From: an uncultured Pseudomonadota bacterium
Lineage (GTDB): Bacteria > Pseudomonadota > Alphaproteobacteria > RF32 > CAG-239
NCBI GenBank assembly: GCA_949295005.1
Contig: CASFJL010000003.1
Location: 1,118 to 65,117 of the forward strand
Direction: 5' to 3'
DNA: 64,000 nt
The notes under the pieces are model-generated. The model did no database searches, was not told where the DNA came from, and saw only the letters and a list, made by a program, of their open reading frames with translations. The translations under genes were made by a program, and so were the position numbers. The stretch's first letter is position 1. Every line of letters starts with the position of its first letter. Shown here one piece after another: positions 28,831 through 40,998 of the stretch.

Positions 28831-29489
28831 TAAATGTCTCTCTTGATTGTGAATATTAGAAGCTCATCTGCACAATCTTCTGCAATATCTGCAATGTCTG
28901 CAACTTCTCCGATAATGTTGCTTAATTGTAATTTGTTGGCCAAAGGCATATCTGAGTCAAATATTGCTTCTTTCATCTTGCCTGATACAACGTCGCTTTC
29001 AGCCTCAATAAAATATACTTTTTGAGAATAATCTCTTACGGTGCTGAAATCTCTGAAAAATGCTCTGGAAGCAATGGCCATATTTTCAGCACAGTCACTG
29101 ACTTGCTCACATAATTCTTTGATGCGGGAGTGATATTCTTCCGGAAATTGCGGCCGTTCTATATAAAATTTGTATGCAACTTCATCGAATCGGTTAATGA
29201 TGCGATCTAGATTTTCTACCAATTCTAAAACATCTGCCCTTAAATCTGGAATCAGGTTGTGAGAATATAATTTGTTTTCAATGTCTCTTCTTAAACTATC
29301 TGCATCATGCTCAATATTTTTGATTTGTTTGCAAAGTTTTTTATATTCTACACTACGTTCTTCTCTTAAAAAAACAGTGATTGCTTTTTTAAATGTCATG
29401 GCAACATCTATGATTTTGTCATGAAACAAGTCTATTTTATTTTCTAATGATTTTGTTTTAGAAAAAAGCGATAATTTTATTTGAAACAT
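28830..29489 (-). CDS. DUF47/PhoU-like phosphate-transport regulator, partner of PiT
   Basis: 219-aa helical protein whose stop abuts the PiT start. This is the usual DUF47-PiT gene pair, and the sequence shows a PhoU-like repeat pattern. Confidence 0.8.
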   Translation of the reverse strand: MFQIKLSLFSKTKSLENKIDLFHDKIIDVAMTFKKAITVFLREERSVEYKKLCKQIKNIEHDADSLRRDIENKLYSHNLIPDLRADVLELVENLDRIINRFDEVAYKFYIERPQFPEEYHSRIKELCEQVSDCAENMAIASRAFFRDFSTVRDYSQKVYFIEAESDVVSGKMKEAIFDSDMPLANKLQLSNIIGEVADIADIAEDCADELLIFTIKRDI

Positions 29490-29629
29490 TGAAAATTTAT
29501 CCTCTTTTATTTTATAGTTTCTGCTATTATATTAGAAAAAAAATATAATTAAAGTAATTTTAAATAATTTGATTATATTCTTTTCTTGAAAGCGGCGGTT
29601 TGCCGCAATTGTCTTAAACCTTAAGGAAT

Positions 29630-30364
29630 TTGATTATGAATAAAATTGTTACTAATGTTATTTCTGTAGCTGCATTGATAATTTCTGGTATTGCTTTGGC
29701 TATGAACATGATGAATAATAAAGAAAATCAACCTGTTGATGTTGAAGCTGTTATTCTTGAAAAGCCAGAAATCATTATCAATGCTATGCAAAATTATGAA
29801 CAAAAAATGCGTGAAAATGCACTTGCTCAAGTTCAAAAATCTATTGATGAAAATATTGAAAAAATTAATAATGATCCTAATTCTCCGGTCATCGGTAATA
29901 AAGACGGCAAAATTGTAATTGCTGAGTTCTTTGATTTTTCTTGCGGATATTGCCATGCTCTTTATCCTAATTTGAAGAAAATTATTGCTAAAAATCCGGA
30001 TGTTAAAGTTGTTTTGAAAGAAATGGCTTTCCTTTCTCCTAATTCTGTTTATGCTGCAAAAGCTGCTTTGGCTGCCAACATGCAAGGAAAATATGCTGAA
30101 GTCTTGGATGCTATTATGACCAACCAAGGAGCTTTGAGTGAAGCTAAAATTGATGAATTGGCCGTTAAAGCCGGTGTTAATTTGGAACAAATGAAAGCTG
30201 ATATGAATTCTGCTAAAATTGATCAAATTATGAAAGATAATGCTGAATTGGCTAATAAAATTCAGGTTACAGGTGTTCCGGCTTTGGTTATTAACGGAAA
30301 ATTTGTTCAAACAATTGATGAAGCAGTTATTCAAAAAGAAGTTGATGAAGCTCGCTCTAAATAA
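29630..30364 (+). CDS. DsbA-family thiol:disulfide oxidoreductase (membrane-anchored or periplasmic)
   Basis: N-terminal anchor, the thioredoxin-fold active site FFDFSCGYCH, and the cis-Pro region VTGVPALVINGK. Confidence 0.85.
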   Translation: MIMNKIVTNVISVAALIISGIALAMNMMNNKENQPVDVEAVILEKPEIIINAMQNYEQKMRENALAQVQKSIDENIEKINNDPNSPVIGNKDGKIVIAEFFDFSCGYCHALYPNLKKIIAKNPDVKVVLKEMAFLSPNSVYAAKAALAANMQGKYAEVLDAIMTNQGALSEAKIDELAVKAGVNLEQMKADMNSAKIDQIMKDNAELANKIQVTGVPALVINGKFVQTIDEAVIQKEVDEARSK

Positions 30365-30383
30365 TTGTTTTGTATAATATTAG

Positions 30384-30416
30384 AAAAAAGCCTTTCTTAT
30401 GAAAGGCTTTTTTTTA
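30384..30416 (+). terminator. Rho-independent terminator after the dsbA-like gene
   Basis: aaaaaAGCCTTTCttatGAAAGGCTttttttt: an 8-bp stem and a T7 run. Confidence 0.85.
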
Positions 30417-30436
30417 CTTGTATTGTATATATATTT

Positions 30437-31474
30437 ATGTATAATAAAAGAAAAACGGACAAAATTATGACAGAAGAAAACTCATTGGATAATTTGCTCA
30501 AAAACATTGGGTATTATGCAAAATATTATTCCAAAGGTTTATATCAGGGCAAAAAAATTTATCAATTGCATGAAAAAATGCAAAGCTTTCTTGTGCAAAA
30601 ATTTTCAACACCTGTGGAGCAAAAAAAAGCTCACGTTAATCTTTTATGGAAATTGAAAAAATTTTATTTTAGCCCTTTTCAAAAAGAAGCAATTTCTTTG
30701 GTTAATAAAAATGCAGCTTATTTTCAATTAACAGATAAAGATAAATTAACCTATTTGAATTTTTTATTGTCTACCAAAATTTATTCTCAATTTTCAGAAA
30801 AATTTTATCAAAACTTATCTCTTTTTGATTTAACTGATAAGGTTAAGCAAAATCAAGCTCTGGATATTTGGAATAAGATGAGGGAATGTGTCGAAAAAAA
30901 ACAGAAAAATCCTGATGAAAATAAAAAAATAATCCAATTATTTTTTCCGTTTATTAAAAATTTATCAGAAAAAATTTCTTGCGCCTCATATAAATTGATT
31001 GGTGATTATACGGAGTTTTTTTTCAAAACATCAGAGCGTTTTCCTGAATATTATATATCTCTTCATCCTTTATATCTTTTAACAACAAAAACTCATTCGG
31101 CTTTGGCGCAAAAATCTCCTCGCTTGTTTGAGGATAATATTCAAAGCTCTTCAAAACATATTGATCATTTGGCGGTGATTAATATTGCTAAGGCTTATAG
31201 AGCTTATGTCTTGAATCATGCAAAAAAAAGAAAAGTGAATCATAATTTGGATTATGCCATGGAGCAATTTTTGACCTATGTGGTGAAAAATCATGATTAT
31301 CGCCCCAGAGATGTTAAAAATTTAACTTCTGCTTTGGGAGAAAAATATGAACAGCATCCAAATTTGATTGCATTGAAAAAAAATATTTCAAAAGTGTATA
31401 ATCAGCATAGATATAAAAATATGTCTTTATATCCTCTTTTGGTTAAAGGCAAAAAAGCAAATGATATTATTTAG
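30437..31474 (+). CDS. Hypothetical protein (lineage-specific, very AT-rich)
   Basis: The ORF-track start at 30365 lies inside the dsbA terminator, so the first plausible ATG is 30437 (or 30467). The protein is helical and K/N/Y/F-rich with no recognisable motif. Its 3' end overlaps the convergent uvrA stop by 8 nt. Confidence 0.5.
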   Translation: MYNKRKTDKIMTEENSLDNLLKNIGYYAKYYSKGLYQGKKIYQLHEKMQSFLVQKFSTPVEQKKAHVNLLWKLKKFYFSPFQKEAISLVNKNAAYFQLTDKDKLTYLNFLLSTKIYSQFSEKFYQNLSLFDLTDKVKQNQALDIWNKMRECVEKKQKNPDENKKIIQLFFPFIKNLSEKISCASYKLIGDYTEFFFKTSERFPEYYISLHPLYLLTTKTHSALAQKSPRLFEDNIQSSSKHIDHLAVINIAKAYRAYVLNHAKKRKVNHNLDYAMEQFLTYVVKNHDYRPRDVKNLTSALGEKYEQHPNLIALKKNISKVYNQHRYKNMSLYPLLVKGKKANDII

Positions 31475-34289
31475 TTGGCTTTAGTTTGTCTTTTAAATAT
31501 TTTGCTGTGTAGCTTTGTGCAACTTTTGATACTTCTTCAGGTGTTCCTTGCGCAATAATCTTTCCGCCGCCGTCACCACCTTCCGGCCCAATATCAATGA
31601 TATAATCCGCGGTTTTTATCACATCTAAATTATGTTCAATGACAATAATGGAGTTGCCTTGGTCAACCAATGTTTGCAAAACTTTCAAAAGCTTATTGAT
31701 GTCTTCAAAGTGAAGTCCGGTTGTGGGCTCATCTAATATATAAAGTGTTTTACCTGTTGCGCGTTTTGAGAGTTCTTTAGACAGTTTTACGCGTTGAGCT
31801 TCACCTCCGGACAAGGTGGTTGCTTGTTGGCCTAAGTGAATGTAACCCAGACCTACTTTGCGTAACAAATCCAGACGGTTTTTTATTGAAGGAATGTTTT
31901 CAAAAAATGCATAGGCTTCATCAACAGTCATATCCAAAACATCTGCAATGGATTTTCCTTTGTATTTAATTTCTAAAGTTTCTCGATTAAATCTTTTGCC
32001 TTTACATTCATCACAGGCCACATAAACATCTGGCAAAAAGTGCATCTCAATTTTGGTAACACCATCTCCTTTACAGGCCTCACAACGTCCGCCAGCCACA
32101 TTGAAAGAAAATCTTCCGGCATTATAGCCTCTGGCTTTGGCTTCAGGTAAAGAGGCAAACCAATCTCTGATGTTGGTGAATACACCGGTATATGTTGCCG
32201 GATTGGAACGAGGTGTTCTGCCAATTGGGGATTGGTCAATCTCAATAATCTTATCTATATTTTCAAGCCCAATAAGTTTGTCATATTTTCCGGTCATGCC
32301 TCTGGTGCCGTTTAATTCCTTATTGATGGCTTGGCACAAGGTTTCTAAAATCAGAGAAGATTTTCCGCCGCCGGAAACTCCGGTTACGCAAGTTAATGTG
32401 CCCAGCGGAATTTTTAAGTCAACATTTTTAAGATTATTGGTTTTGGCTCCCGTTACTCCAATAAACTTTCCGTTACCTTTTCTTCTGTTTTGGGGAACTT
32501 CAATGGTTTTGTTGCCGTTCAAATATTGTGCAGTTAAACTTTTTTGATTTTTCAAAACTTCTTTAACAGTACCTTCTGCGGTAATTTCTCCACCGAGTTG
32601 TCCAGCAGCTGGTCCCATATCTATCAGATAATCTGCCGCGCGGATTGCATCTTCATCATGTTCAACCACAATAACTGTATTGCCGATATCTCTTAAGCGG
32701 GTGAGGGTGGCAAGCAGACGGTCATTATCTCTTTGGTGTAGACCAATTGATGGTTCATCCAAAACATAAAGCACGCCGGTTAATCCTGAGCCAATTTGAG
32801 AAGCTAAGCGAATGCGTTGAGCTTCTCCTCCGGATAAGCTTCCGGATTGACGAGAAAGGGTTAAATAATCTAACCCGACATTATTTAAAAAGGTTAATCT
32901 TTCAATAATTTCCTTTAATATCTTATGTGCAATCTCTTGTTTTTTTGGAGATAATGTTGCTTCAATGCCGCCAAACCAAGTTAGAGCTTTTTGAATGGAC
33001 ATTTCTGAGGCATCCATAATGTCTAATCCGCCGATTTTAACGGCTAAGGCTTCAGGACGCAAACGTTTGCCATGGCAGAATTCACAAGGAGCTGCCGATT
33101 GATATTTGGAAAATTCTTCTCTGACCCAGCTTGAATCTGTTTCTAAAAAGCGACGCTCCATGTTGGGTATCACACCTTCAAAAGGTTTTTCACTGACAAA
33201 TCTGGAGTAATACATCGGAACACAGATGTTGCCTGAACCATAGAGAATGACTTGCTTTGCACTTTCGGGTAAATCTTTCCACGGTGTGTTTGGTGAAATG
33301 CGCAAAAACTCGGCAAGAGAATCTATGGTTTGGCGATGGAAAGCAGATTTTCCGGCTTCCCATGGCGCAATTGCCCCTTGAGACAAAGATAAGTTTGGGT
33401 TAGGGACAACCAAATCCGGATCCATATATAATTTTGCACCGATACCGTCACAGTGCGGACATGCTCCTTGGGGGTTGTTAAAAGAAAATAAACGTGGTTC
33501 AATTTCTTCAATTGTAAAACCGGAAACAGGGCAGGCAAATTTTGAAGAAAAAATAGTTTTGTTGTTTTGGGTCAGGTTTTCGGCATAAAGCAAGCCATCA
33601 CTTAATTTTAAGGCAACTTCAACAGATTGAGCCAGACGTTCGGCAATGCCATCTTTAATCACAATACGGTCTACAACAACTTCAATGTCGTGTTTTTGAT
33701 TTTTGTTTAAGACAGGAACTTCTTCAATGTCATAAATTTCATTATCAATTTTTATGCGTTGAAAACCTTGTTTTTGCAAGTTTTCAATTTCTTTTTTAAA
33801 CTCACCTTTTTTGCCTCTGGCAATTGGGGCAGACAAAATTAACTTATCTCCGTGAGGTAATTCCAAAATCTTGTCAACCATTTGAGATACGGTTTGAGAT
33901 TCAATCGGCAAACCTGTGGCCGGAGAATAGGGCGTTCCGACTCTGGCCCATAATAAACGCATATAGTCATAAATTTCGGTTACCGTACCAACGGTTGAAC
34001 GCGGATTGTGTGATGTGGTTTTTTGTTCAATGGAAATGGCCGGAGATAAACCTTCAATCGAATCTACATCAGGCTTTTTCATTAAATCTAAAAATTGGCG
34101 TGCATAGGCAGATAAGCTTTCTACATAGCGGCGTTGACCTTCGGCATAAATGGTATCAAATGCCAAAGATGACTTTCCTGAGCCGGATACGCCCGTGATG
34201 ACGGTTAGTTTGTTTTTGGGGATATTGACGTCTATATTTTTTAAGTTATGTTCTCTGCCGCCCTTTATCTCAATAAAATCATTTGCCAT
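31467..34289 (-). CDS. uvrA: Excinuclease ABC subunit A (UvrA)
   Basis: [55 protein letters not shown], a second Walker [11 protein letters not shown], two LSGGE signatures, and the zinc modules CPHCDG and CEACKGDG. The 66 codons upstream in the ORF track are treated as a spurious extension. Confidence 0.97.
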   Translation of the reverse strand: MANDFIEIKGGREHNLKNIDVNIPKNKLTVITGVSGSGKSSLAFDTIYAEGQRRYVESLSAYARQFLDLMKKPDVDSIEGLSPAISIEQKTTSHNPRSTVGTVTEIYDYMRLLWARVGTPYSPATGLPIESQTVSQMVDKILELPHGDKLILSAPIARGKKGEFKKEIENLQKQGFQRIKIDNEIYDIEEVPVLNKNQKHDIEVVVDRIVIKDGIAERLAQSVEVALKLSDGLLYAENLTQNNKTIFSSKFACPVSGFTIEEIEPRLFSFNNPQGACPHCDGIGAKLYMDPDLVVPNPNLSLSQGAIAPWEAGKSAFHRQTIDSLAEFLRISPNTPWKDLPESAKQVILYGSGNICVPMYYSRFVSEKPFEGVIPNMERRFLETDSSWVREEFSKYQSAAPCEFCHGKRLRPEALAVKIGGLDIMDASEMSIQKALTWFGGIEATLSPKKQEIAHKILKEIIERLTFLNNVGLDYLTLSRQSGSLSGGEAQRIRLASQIGSGLTGVLYVLDEPSIGLHQRDNDRLLATLTRLRDIGNTVIVVEHDEDAIRAADYLIDMGPAAGQLGGEITAEGTVKEVLKNQKSLTAQYLNGNKTIEVPQNRRKGNGKFIGVTGAKTNNLKNVDLKIPLGTLTCVTGVSGGGKSSLILETLCQAINKELNGTRGMTGKYDKLIGLENIDKIIEIDQSPIGRTPRSNPATYTGVFTNIRDWFASLPEAKARGYNAGRFSFNVAGGRCEACKGDGVTKIEMHFLPDVYVACDECKGKRFNRETLEIKYKGKSIADVLDMTVDEAYAFFENIPSIKNRLDLLRKVGLGYIHLGQQATTLSGGEAQRVKLSKELSKRATGKTLYILDEPTTGLHFEDINKLLKVLQTLVDQGNSIIVIEHNLDVIKTADYIIDIGPEGGDGGGKIIAQGTPEEVSKVAQSYTAKYLKDKLKPTK

Positions 34290-34443
34290 TTTTGCCTCTG
34301 TTTTGTTTTTATTTTGTTCTTTTGCGTAATATAAACTCATATTTTTTTTATGGCAATAAGCAAATTTGCTTAAATTTAAAAACTTGAAAATTTTTATAGA
34401 TTTTATATTATGCATATTTGGGATTAATTTTTGTAAGTATTTC

Positions 34444-35559
34444 ATGTCTAATAAGATTAAATTTTTGTTTTTTATATCTTGCTTCATTTATTCTGCTAAT
34501 GTTTTGGCAAATATTAATGTTGCCGTTGTGGCGCCAATGCAGGGAGAGTATGCCGCTTTGGGGCGAGAGTTAATTAACGGGGCTAGAATTGCCGTTGATG
34601 AAATTAATAAAGACGGCGGAATTAAAGGCGAAAAAATCAGCCTTATTGAGGTAGATGACCAATGCGATGATGTGTTGGCCATATCTACGGCGCAGATGAT
34701 GTCTGTTTCTTCAAGGCAAGATAAGATGGATCTGGTGGTTGGACCTTTTTGTCAGAATGCTTTGAACAAAGTTGCACAATTGTATTCTCAGGCTAAAATA
34801 TTGCAAATTTTGCCCATGCCGGTCAGTTCTTATGAGTTGGCAGATAAGCCTAACAGTCTGTTCTTGTTAACCGGAAACAGCGATCAATTGAGTTTGAGTT
34901 TTTTTACATATTATTTGCAATATTTTGATTTTCAAAAAATGGCCTTGATTTATAACGGGGCCGATAAAGATGTGATTGGCATGGCCGAAGCGTTGCAAGA
35001 AGAGTTTTTTAAGGCCGGAAAACATCTTGACTTCAAAAGTTTTAATTTTATTCGCTATAAAAAAGATTATGACAAATTGGCTCAAGAGGTGATGGATTAT
35101 AAAGCCAAGGTTGTGATGATTTTGGGTCATAAAAAAGATGTGGCAAAAACGCTAAAGGAATTGCGTAAAAAAGATAAAAATTTGCCTGTTTTTGTAAATC
35201 AGTACCAAGTGCAGAATTATTTGTTTGATGAATATGAAAAATATGTCAACAATACTTATTTCTTGTCTTTGCCAAATTTTGTTAATAATCCTGATTTTAC
35301 GGAGACTTTGGTTCGGTTGCGCTTGCATGGTATTAATCCTAAGGGTTTGACCGTATATTCTTATATTTCAATTCAGTTATGGGCAGATATGGTCAAAAGA
35401 GCAAATTCTTATGCCTTTAATTCTTTGATTAATAAAAATAAACAATTTCAATTGAATATGCCTTGGGGAAATATTTCTTATTTGAACGGATATCCGCAAA
35501 CTTCCGTGAATTATTCAATTTATCTATACAAAGATAAAGAATATACACAGGTATATTGA
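34444..35559 (+). CDS. Periplasmic substrate-binding protein, LivJ/LivK-like (type 1 PBP); orphan, with no adjacent permease or ATPase
   Basis: Signal peptide [73 protein letters not shown] is the typical branched-chain amino-acid-binding family N-terminus. Confidence 0.8.
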   Translation: MSNKIKFLFFISCFIYSANVLANINVAVVAPMQGEYAALGRELINGARIAVDEINKDGGIKGEKISLIEVDDQCDDVLAISTAQMMSVSSRQDKMDLVVGPFCQNALNKVAQLYSQAKILQILPMPVSSYELADKPNSLFLLTGNSDQLSLSFFTYYLQYFDFQKMALIYNGADKDVIGMAEALQEEFFKAGKHLDFKSFNFIRYKKDYDKLAQEVMDYKAKVVMILGHKKDVAKTLKELRKKDKNLPVFVNQYQVQNYLFDEYEKYVNNTYFLSLPNFVNNPDFTETLVRLRLHGINPKGLTVYSYISIQLWADMVKRANSYAFNSLINKNKQFQLNMPWGNISYLNGYPQTSVNYSIYLYKDKEYTQVY

Positions 35560-35633
35560 TTTTTTTGTTTCTTTCTCTTTTTTTCTATATATAATCTTAG
35601 AAGTTTTTTTAATTTATTGTATAAGGTGATGAT

Positions 35634-36095
35634 ATGGTCAGTAGCATTAATAAAGTGATTTTGGTTGGTAATTTGGGCGCAGACCCAAAAGTTAGCAATA
35701 CTGCCAGCGGTACAAAAATTGTTAATTTGAATATTGCAACCTCTGATGTTTGGAAAGATAAAGCCACAGGTGAACGTAAAGAAAGAACAGAATGGCATCG
35801 TGTGGTTATTTTTAATGCTCAATTGGCTGATATTGCCGAAAGATATTTGCGCAAGGGTTCTAAAGTTTATTTGGAAGGTCAGCTCCAAACGCGTAAATGG
35901 GAAGACAATAACGGACAAGAACGCTACACAACCGAGATTGTTTTGCAAAACTATGCCGGTACATTGGTATTGTTAGACGGTCGTGGTGATGGCGTTCCGG
36001 CCGGTGGCAACGATGTTTTCTCAGGTTCTGCTTCCGGTTGGGATGCTGCTCCTGCAGCTCCTTCTGCCGATTTGGATGATGATATTCCGTTTTAA
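35634..36095 (+). CDS. ssb: Single-stranded DNA-binding protein
   Basis: [16 protein letters not shown]...[12 protein letters not shown] fold, a Gly-rich linker, and the canonical acidic tip DDDIPF. Confidence 0.95.
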   Translation: MVSSINKVILVGNLGADPKVSNTASGTKIVNLNIATSDVWKDKATGERKERTEWHRVVIFNAQLADIAERYLRKGSKVYLEGQLQTRKWEDNNGQERYTTEIVLQNYAGTLVLLDGRGDGVPAGGNDVFSGSASGWDAAPAAPSADLDDDIPF

Positions 36096-36113
36096 TCAGG
36101 TGAAATAATGTAT

Positions 36114-36147
36114 GAAAAAAACCTGTCTTGATAGACAGGTTTTTTTG
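36114..36147. terminator. Bidirectional rho-independent terminator between ssb and the convergent orphan gene
   Basis: aaaaaaACCTGTCTtgatAGACAGGTtttttt: an 8-bp perfect stem flanked by A6 and T6. Confidence 0.85.
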
Positions 36148-36150
36148 TGC

Positions 36151-36930
36151 TTATTTTTTCTTATTTTCAATTTGCGGAATAGGGGTGGGGGTAGGTGTAT
36201 CGAGCATTTTTTGAATGGCGTAATTATAATCTTGAGAAGAAAATAAGAGATTAACCAGCTCCATTGGGTTTTGCCCTAAAGCAATTTGTTGCTTGGCTAT
36301 CTCTGTGGCAACTTGCTGAACAATTGTATTACGAAAAGCTTCTTGCGCATTTTCTTTTGCAATACGCTCTTTTCCTTGTTTATGTTCATAAAATTTGCGC
36401 TCAAAACGAGCAAATTCATAAACCGGATGTCCGCCTTTTTGATAATCTTCCAAGTCTTGATAAAAGTTTTTTTCATCCATCAAAGCTCTAATGCCTTTGC
36501 CGTTTTGGTCACGATAAATCATCCAATCACAAATAAGCTCAATGTTTAAGGCTTTATCTACTTCTTTTTCTGAGATGTTTTTGAAAGTGATGTTTTTGAT
36601 GTTGCTATTTAATGTTTCAATATTGATATTTTCTTCAAAATATTCTTTGTTGTAGTTCTTAGGAGCACGAGGGTTCATCAGAGAGCGTGCCAAACATAAA
36701 GAAATCAGTGCGATTTTGAGTTCTCTGCTTGACATATAGGGAATTTTACGCGGGTCTCTTTTAACCTCAGAATCATATAAAGATTGATGAACGCAAAATA
36801 TGTTTAATTGACGCAACAACTCTAATTGTTCTTCATCTAAGGCAATGTTAGATTGAATTTGTTGATTGCAGGCTCTTTCAATAATTTTATTGATGGCTTC
36901 TTCAATGAGTTGTTGCTTATCTTTAGTCAT
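36151..36930 (-). CDS. Hypothetical protein (no recognisable family)
   Basis: 259-aa ORF with coding-like composition and a TPTPTPIP tail. It is flanked by a terminator and by the gyrA upstream region. Confidence 0.6.
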   Translation of the reverse strand: MTKDKQQLIEEAINKIIERACNQQIQSNIALDEEQLELLRQLNIFCVHQSLYDSEVKRDPRKIPYMSSRELKIALISLCLARSLMNPRAPKNYNKEYFEENINIETLNSNIKNITFKNISEKEVDKALNIELICDWMIYRDQNGKGIRALMDEKNFYQDLEDYQKGGHPVYEFARFERKFYEHKQGKERIAKENAQEAFRNTIVQQVATEIAKQQIALGQNPMELVNLLFSSQDYNYAIQKMLDTPTPTPIPQIENKKK

Positions 36931-37203
36931 AATAAATATCCATTATTTGGTTAATTTTGCTCTATCATACCATAAAATTAAGCAGATATCTATACCCTTT
37001 TTTAGGCTTTTTTTGCTTGATACAGCAATTTTGTGTTAACTTTTTTGCTTTTGTTTTTATACATAATCAAAAATAAGGCGGTTTTTTTGGCTCTGGAGAG
37101 GAATTTGTGCTTTTTTATGTGTGTAAGTTCTAATATTTACTGGTGAGGGAAAGATATTTTTGCTATATTTTTGCCAGTTTGTAATTAATAAAAGGATAAA
37201 AAA

Positions 37204-40047
37204 GTGAGTGAAGAAAACGAAAATTTGGACACTGTTGCCGAGGCTGTAAATCCGAACAGCGGTCAGGATATTTCTCCTATCGGTATTTGTGATGAAATGA
37301 GACGCTCTTATCTTGACTATGCCATGAGCGTTATCGTTTCCCGTGCTTTGCCCGATGTGCGCGATGGTTTGAAACCGGTGCATCGCCGTATTATTTATTC
37401 TGCTTACGAAAATGGTTATGATTATAACCGCCCGTTCAGAAAATCTGCCCGTATCGTCGGTGATGTTTTGGGTAAATATCACCCGCACGGTGATAGCTCG
37501 GTTTATGAAGCCATGGTTCGTATGGCGCAACCGTTCTCCATGCGCGTTCCTTTGATTGACGGTCAAGGTAACTTCGGTTCCATGGATGGTGATAGTGCTG
37601 CCGCCATGCGTTATACTGAGGCTCGTTTGGCAAAAGTTGCTCACGCCCTTATTGATGATATTGAAAAAGATACCGTCGACTTTATGCCAAACTATGATGA
37701 AAGTTTGCAAGAGCCAACAGTTTTGCCTGCAGCTTATCCAAACTTGCTTGTTAACGGCGCAAACGGTATTGCCGTTGGTATGGCAACCAATATTCCGCCA
37801 CACAATTTGGGTGAGGTATTGGACGCTTGTTGCGCTTATATTGATAATCCGCTTATTTCAATTGAAGATTTAATCCGCATTGTTCCGGGACCGGATTTTC
37901 CGACCGGTGGTTTGATTTTGGGTTATAGCGGCGCAAAATCTGCCTACCTTACCGGACGCGGTTCGGTTGTGATGCGTGCAAAATGTACTATTGAAGAGCT
38001 GAGAAAAGATAAAGAAGCCATCATTGTACACGAAGTGCCGTATCAGGTTAACAAATCAATGCTTGTTACCAAAATTGCAGAGCTCGTGAAAGAAAAGAAA
38101 ATTGACGGTATTTCCGATATTAGAGATGAATCTGACCGTCATGGTGTTCGCGTGGTTATCGAAATTAAAAAAGATTTTCAAGCCGATGTGGTTTTGAACC
38201 AACTTTACAAGTTTACCCAATTGCAAACCAGCTTTGGTATGAATATGCTCGCCATTAACGGCGGTCGTCCGATGATGATGAACTTGAAAGATATTATTTC
38301 TGCCTTTGTTTCTTTCCGTGAAGAGGTTATTCGTCGTCGTACCATCTTCTTACTCAACAAAGCGCGTGACAGAGCTCACGTTTTGGTTGGTTTGGCTATT
38401 GCCGTGGAAAATATTGACCCTGTTATCGACTTAATCCGTACATCTTCCAACCCGCAAGAAGCTAAAGATGCTTTGCTTGCCAAAGCTTGGCCTGCCGGTG
38501 ATGTTGAACCTTTGGTTAAACTCATTGATGAACCGGATAGAAAAGTTGAAAACGGAACTTACCTGCTTTCCGAAGCCCAAGCCAAAGCAATTCTTGATTT
38601 GAAATTACAACGCTTGACCGGTTTGGAAAGAGATAAGATTCATGAAGAATTGACCGGTATTGGTGAAGATATTAAAGAGTATCTTTCTATTTTGGCCTCC
38701 AGAGAAAAACTCTACGGCATTATGCGCGATGAGTTCGTTGCCATTAAAGATGAATATGCAACACCGCGTCGTTCAAAGATTGAAGATATTGAATATGACA
38801 CCGATATTGAATCTCTTATCCAACGTGAAGAAATGGTGGTTACGGTTACCGATGCCGGCTACATTAAACGCGTTCCTTTGAATGCTTACAAAGCACAAAA
38901 ACGCGGCGGTAAAGGAAAATCCGGTATGGCTACCAAAGAAGAAGATTTTGTTTCTCGTTTGTTTGTGGCATCAACCCACACACCGGTACTCTTCTTCTCT
39001 TCTAAAGGTTTGGTCTATAAGATGAAGGTTTATAAATTGCCTTTGGGTTCTCCGACCTCAAAAGGTAAGCCCTTTATCAACCTTTTGCCTTTGGATGCCG
39101 GTGAAACCATCACCACAATTATGAAACTACCCGAGAATGAGGCAGAATGCGAGAATATGTCCGTTATGTTTGCTACAGCTCAGGGTAATGTTCGTCGCAA
39201 CTCTTTGATGGATTTTGTCAATGTTCAATCTAACGGTAAGATTGCGATGAAACTTGATGAAGGCGACAAACTGATTAATGTTCGTATCTGTCATGAAGAT
39301 AATGATATTATGCTTGCTGCTCGTAGCGGTAAGTGCATCCGCTTCCCAGTTACGGAAGTTCGTGTCTTTGTGGGACGTAACTCAACAGGTGTTCGCGGTA
39401 TTAAATTAGCCGACGGTGATGAAGTTATCTCTATGTCTATTTTGAACCATAGTGAAGCTTCAACCGAAGAAAGAGATGAATATGCTCGTGTTCGTTCTGC
39501 AATCAAACGCTTGATGGCTGAAAGAAACGTTAGCGAAGAAGAAATTGCTTTGGCTGATACCGGTATCAACTTGGCTGTATTGTCCGAAGATAAATATCTG
39601 AAGATGAAAGAAAATGAACAGTTTATTCTTTCCGTTACTTCTACCGGTTATGGTAAGCGTTCTTCTTCTTATGAATATCGTGTTACCGGTCGTGGCGGAC
39701 AGGGTATTGCCAATATGGAAATGTCTGCCCGCAACAAAGAAATCGTCAGCTCCTTCCCAATTGAGGATAATAACCAAATTATGATGGTGACTGACGGTGG
39801 TAAGCTCATCCGTATGCCGGTTTCTGATATCCGTATTGCCGGACGTAAGACACAAGGCGTTATCTTGTTCAGAACAGCTGAAGATGAAAAAGTTGTTTCC
39901 GTAACATGGCTTGATGCTGACGAAGATGACGAAGAAGAATTAGAAGAAGAAACCGGAAGTGAAATTTTGGGGGAAAGCGTCATTGAAAATGATGACGACG
40001 GTATTGTGACCGAACCTGAAGTAGAATCTAACGGTGATGATGAATAA
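37204..40047 (+). CDS. gyrA: DNA gyrase subunit A
   Basis: GTG start after an [37 protein letters not shown], the active-site region [10 protein letters not shown], a C-terminal beta-pinwheel, and an acidic D/E tail. Confidence 0.97.
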   Translation: MSEENENLDTVAEAVNPNSGQDISPIGICDEMRRSYLDYAMSVIVSRALPDVRDGLKPVHRRIIYSAYENGYDYNRPFRKSARIVGDVLGKYHPHGDSSVYEAMVRMAQPFSMRVPLIDGQGNFGSMDGDSAAAMRYTEARLAKVAHALIDDIEKDTVDFMPNYDESLQEPTVLPAAYPNLLVNGANGIAVGMATNIPPHNLGEVLDACCAYIDNPLISIEDLIRIVPGPDFPTGGLILGYSGAKSAYLTGRGSVVMRAKCTIEELRKDKEAIIVHEVPYQVNKSMLVTKIAELVKEKKIDGISDIRDESDRHGVRVVIEIKKDFQADVVLNQLYKFTQLQTSFGMNMLAINGGRPMMMNLKDIISAFVSFREEVIRRRTIFLLNKARDRAHVLVGLAIAVENIDPVIDLIRTSSNPQEAKDALLAKAWPAGDVEPLVKLIDEPDRKVENGTYLLSEAQAKAILDLKLQRLTGLERDKIHEELTGIGEDIKEYLSILASREKLYGIMRDEFVAIKDEYATPRRSKIEDIEYDTDIESLIQREEMVVTVTDAGYIKRVPLNAYKAQKRGGKGKSGMATKEEDFVSRLFVASTHTPVLFFSSKGLVYKMKVYKLPLGSPTSKGKPFINLLPLDAGETITTIMKLPENEAECENMSVMFATAQGNVRRNSLMDFVNVQSNGKIAMKLDEGDKLINVRICHEDNDIMLAARSGKCIRFPVTEVRVFVGRNSTGVRGIKLADGDEVISMSILNHSEASTEERDEYARVRSAIKRLMAERNVSEEEIALADTGINLAVLSEDKYLKMKENEQFILSVTSTGYGKRSSSYEYRVTGRGGQGIANMEMSARNKEIVSSFPIEDNNQIMMVTDGGKLIRMPVSDIRIAGRKTQGVILFRTAEDEKVVSVTWLDADEDDEEELEEETGSEILGESVIENDDDGIVTEPEVESNGDDE

Positions 40048-40069
40048 TTTATAGTCAGCACTTTATAAA

Positions 40070-40106
40070 AACTCCTTGCTCCTAAAAAAAGCAGGGAGTT
40101 TTTTTG
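40070..40106 (+). terminator. Rho-independent terminator after gyrA
   Basis: AACTCCTTGCtcctaaaaaaaGCAGGGAGTTtttttt: a 9-10 bp stem with one G-U pair, followed by a T run. Confidence 0.8.
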
Positions 40107-40189
40107 TTGTAAATATTCTTAATTGTGTTATTAGTGGGTGTGTCTTGAAAATTATTTATCTTTATTGTTTTACCTTAAAATATATTTTT

Positions 40190-40912
40190 ATGTTTTACGC
40201 AAATTTTTCTGAAAAACAGATTTTGGAGCAAGTCAGCAGACATTCTCATTTGGGGCAAACAGAACAAGGAATGAGTAGATTGCGCCTGAAAAACGTGCGT
40301 TGTACTCAAAATTATGAGGAAAACGGATGTTTAATTTATGAAAGCGGTAAAAAATATGTGCTTTGGATTGTGGAATATTCAGACATACTGCTTGGTATAA
40401 AGCGCTGGTTTACGGCAATGCCTCGGATTTTTGAAAAAGAGCCATTGGAAAAAACATATTATATGGTACCGATTGAGGTTTTTGCTGAAGCAAACGAATC
40501 TTTTTCTTATGTTTCTTTTTTGACGTTTGATAAAGGAAGAAATTTTCAGCTTTTTATTGACGTTAATGATGGGACGCAGAGTTTGATTGAACCATGGTCT
40601 TTGAATAAAGCCAAGGTCTTGGATTTTGTAATAAAACGTAAAGGCGGTTCTTTGGTGGATTATACAATTCGAGGACGATTTATCTGCAATCGGCAGGAAA
40701 GGCATATTGTTTGGCTTATTCGTCGCAAGTTTGGAAAAAAACAATCTATTGATTTGTTTTTTGATGTGTTGAAGCAAGATTTTATAAAATGGCATCCTTT
40801 AGCCGATGATGCTTCCATGGCGCCGATTTCTTCTGGGCAAGCTATGGTGCATATTGGTAATAATACCATCAAAGCGGATAAATATGGTTTTATTTACCGT
40901 TTGGGAAAATAA
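40190..40912 (+). CDS. Hypothetical protein
   Basis: The ORF-track start at 40076 lies inside the gyrA terminator, so the first ATG after it (40190, MFYANFSEKQ) is preferred. No recognisable motifs. Its own terminator follows. Confidence 0.5.
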   Translation: MFYANFSEKQILEQVSRHSHLGQTEQGMSRLRLKNVRCTQNYEENGCLIYESGKKYVLWIVEYSDILLGIKRWFTAMPRIFEKEPLEKTYYMVPIEVFAEANESFSYVSFLTFDKGRNFQLFIDVNDGTQSLIEPWSLNKAKVLDFVIKRKGGSLVDYTIRGRFICNRQERHIVWLIRRKFGKKQSIDLFFDVLKQDFIKWHPLADDASMAPISSGQAMVHIGNNTIKADKYGFIYRLGK

Positions 40913-40920
40913 ATTTTTGA

Positions 40921-40949
40921 AAGCAGTCGATTTCTCGGCTGCTTTTTTC
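40921..40949 (+). terminator. Rho-independent terminator
   Basis: AGCAGTCGAtttcTCGGCTGCTttttt: a 9-bp stem with one G-U pair, followed by a T run. Confidence 0.8.
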
Positions 40950-40998
40950 TTGACTCTTTTATAATATTTCTAGAAATGTTGAAATAAAGGACTCTGAT

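Noticed and set aside
29585-29612. A small GC hairpin (GCGGCggtttGCCGC) in the dsbA-like 5' leader.
   Set aside because: The stem is only 5 bp with no T-run and no recognisable riboswitch or attenuator context. This is too little evidence to call a regulatory element.
29621-30334. A 237-aa ORF antisense to the dsbA-like gene. Similar long antisense ORFs occur at 37057-37803 (gyrA), 23627-24253 (rluC region), 25644-26216 (asmA), 49873-50490 (spoT), 55742-56314 (cckA) and 35520-35948 (ssb).
   Set aside because: Each lies entirely opposite a gene with unmistakable family motifs. Their translations are low-complexity (I/F/N/S/R-rich) with no motifs. They are mirror ORFs arising from stop-poor antisense frames.
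34290-34443. Alphaproteobacterial SOS boxes (GTTC-N7-GTTC) upstream of uvrA and ssb.
   Set aside because: GTTC occurs (attttGTTCttttgcgtaat) but has no second half-site at the right spacing. There is no convincing LexA operator.
34290-34487. A 66-codon N-terminal extension of the uvrA ORF ([10 protein letters not shown]...), overlapping the divergent substrate-binding-protein ORF extension.
   Set aside because: UvrA homology starts exactly at [11 protein letters not shown] (ATG 34289). The extension is AT-rich spacer that happens to be open. The same reasoning trims the ORF-track starts at 34366, 21777, 52566, 63125, 30365 and 40076.
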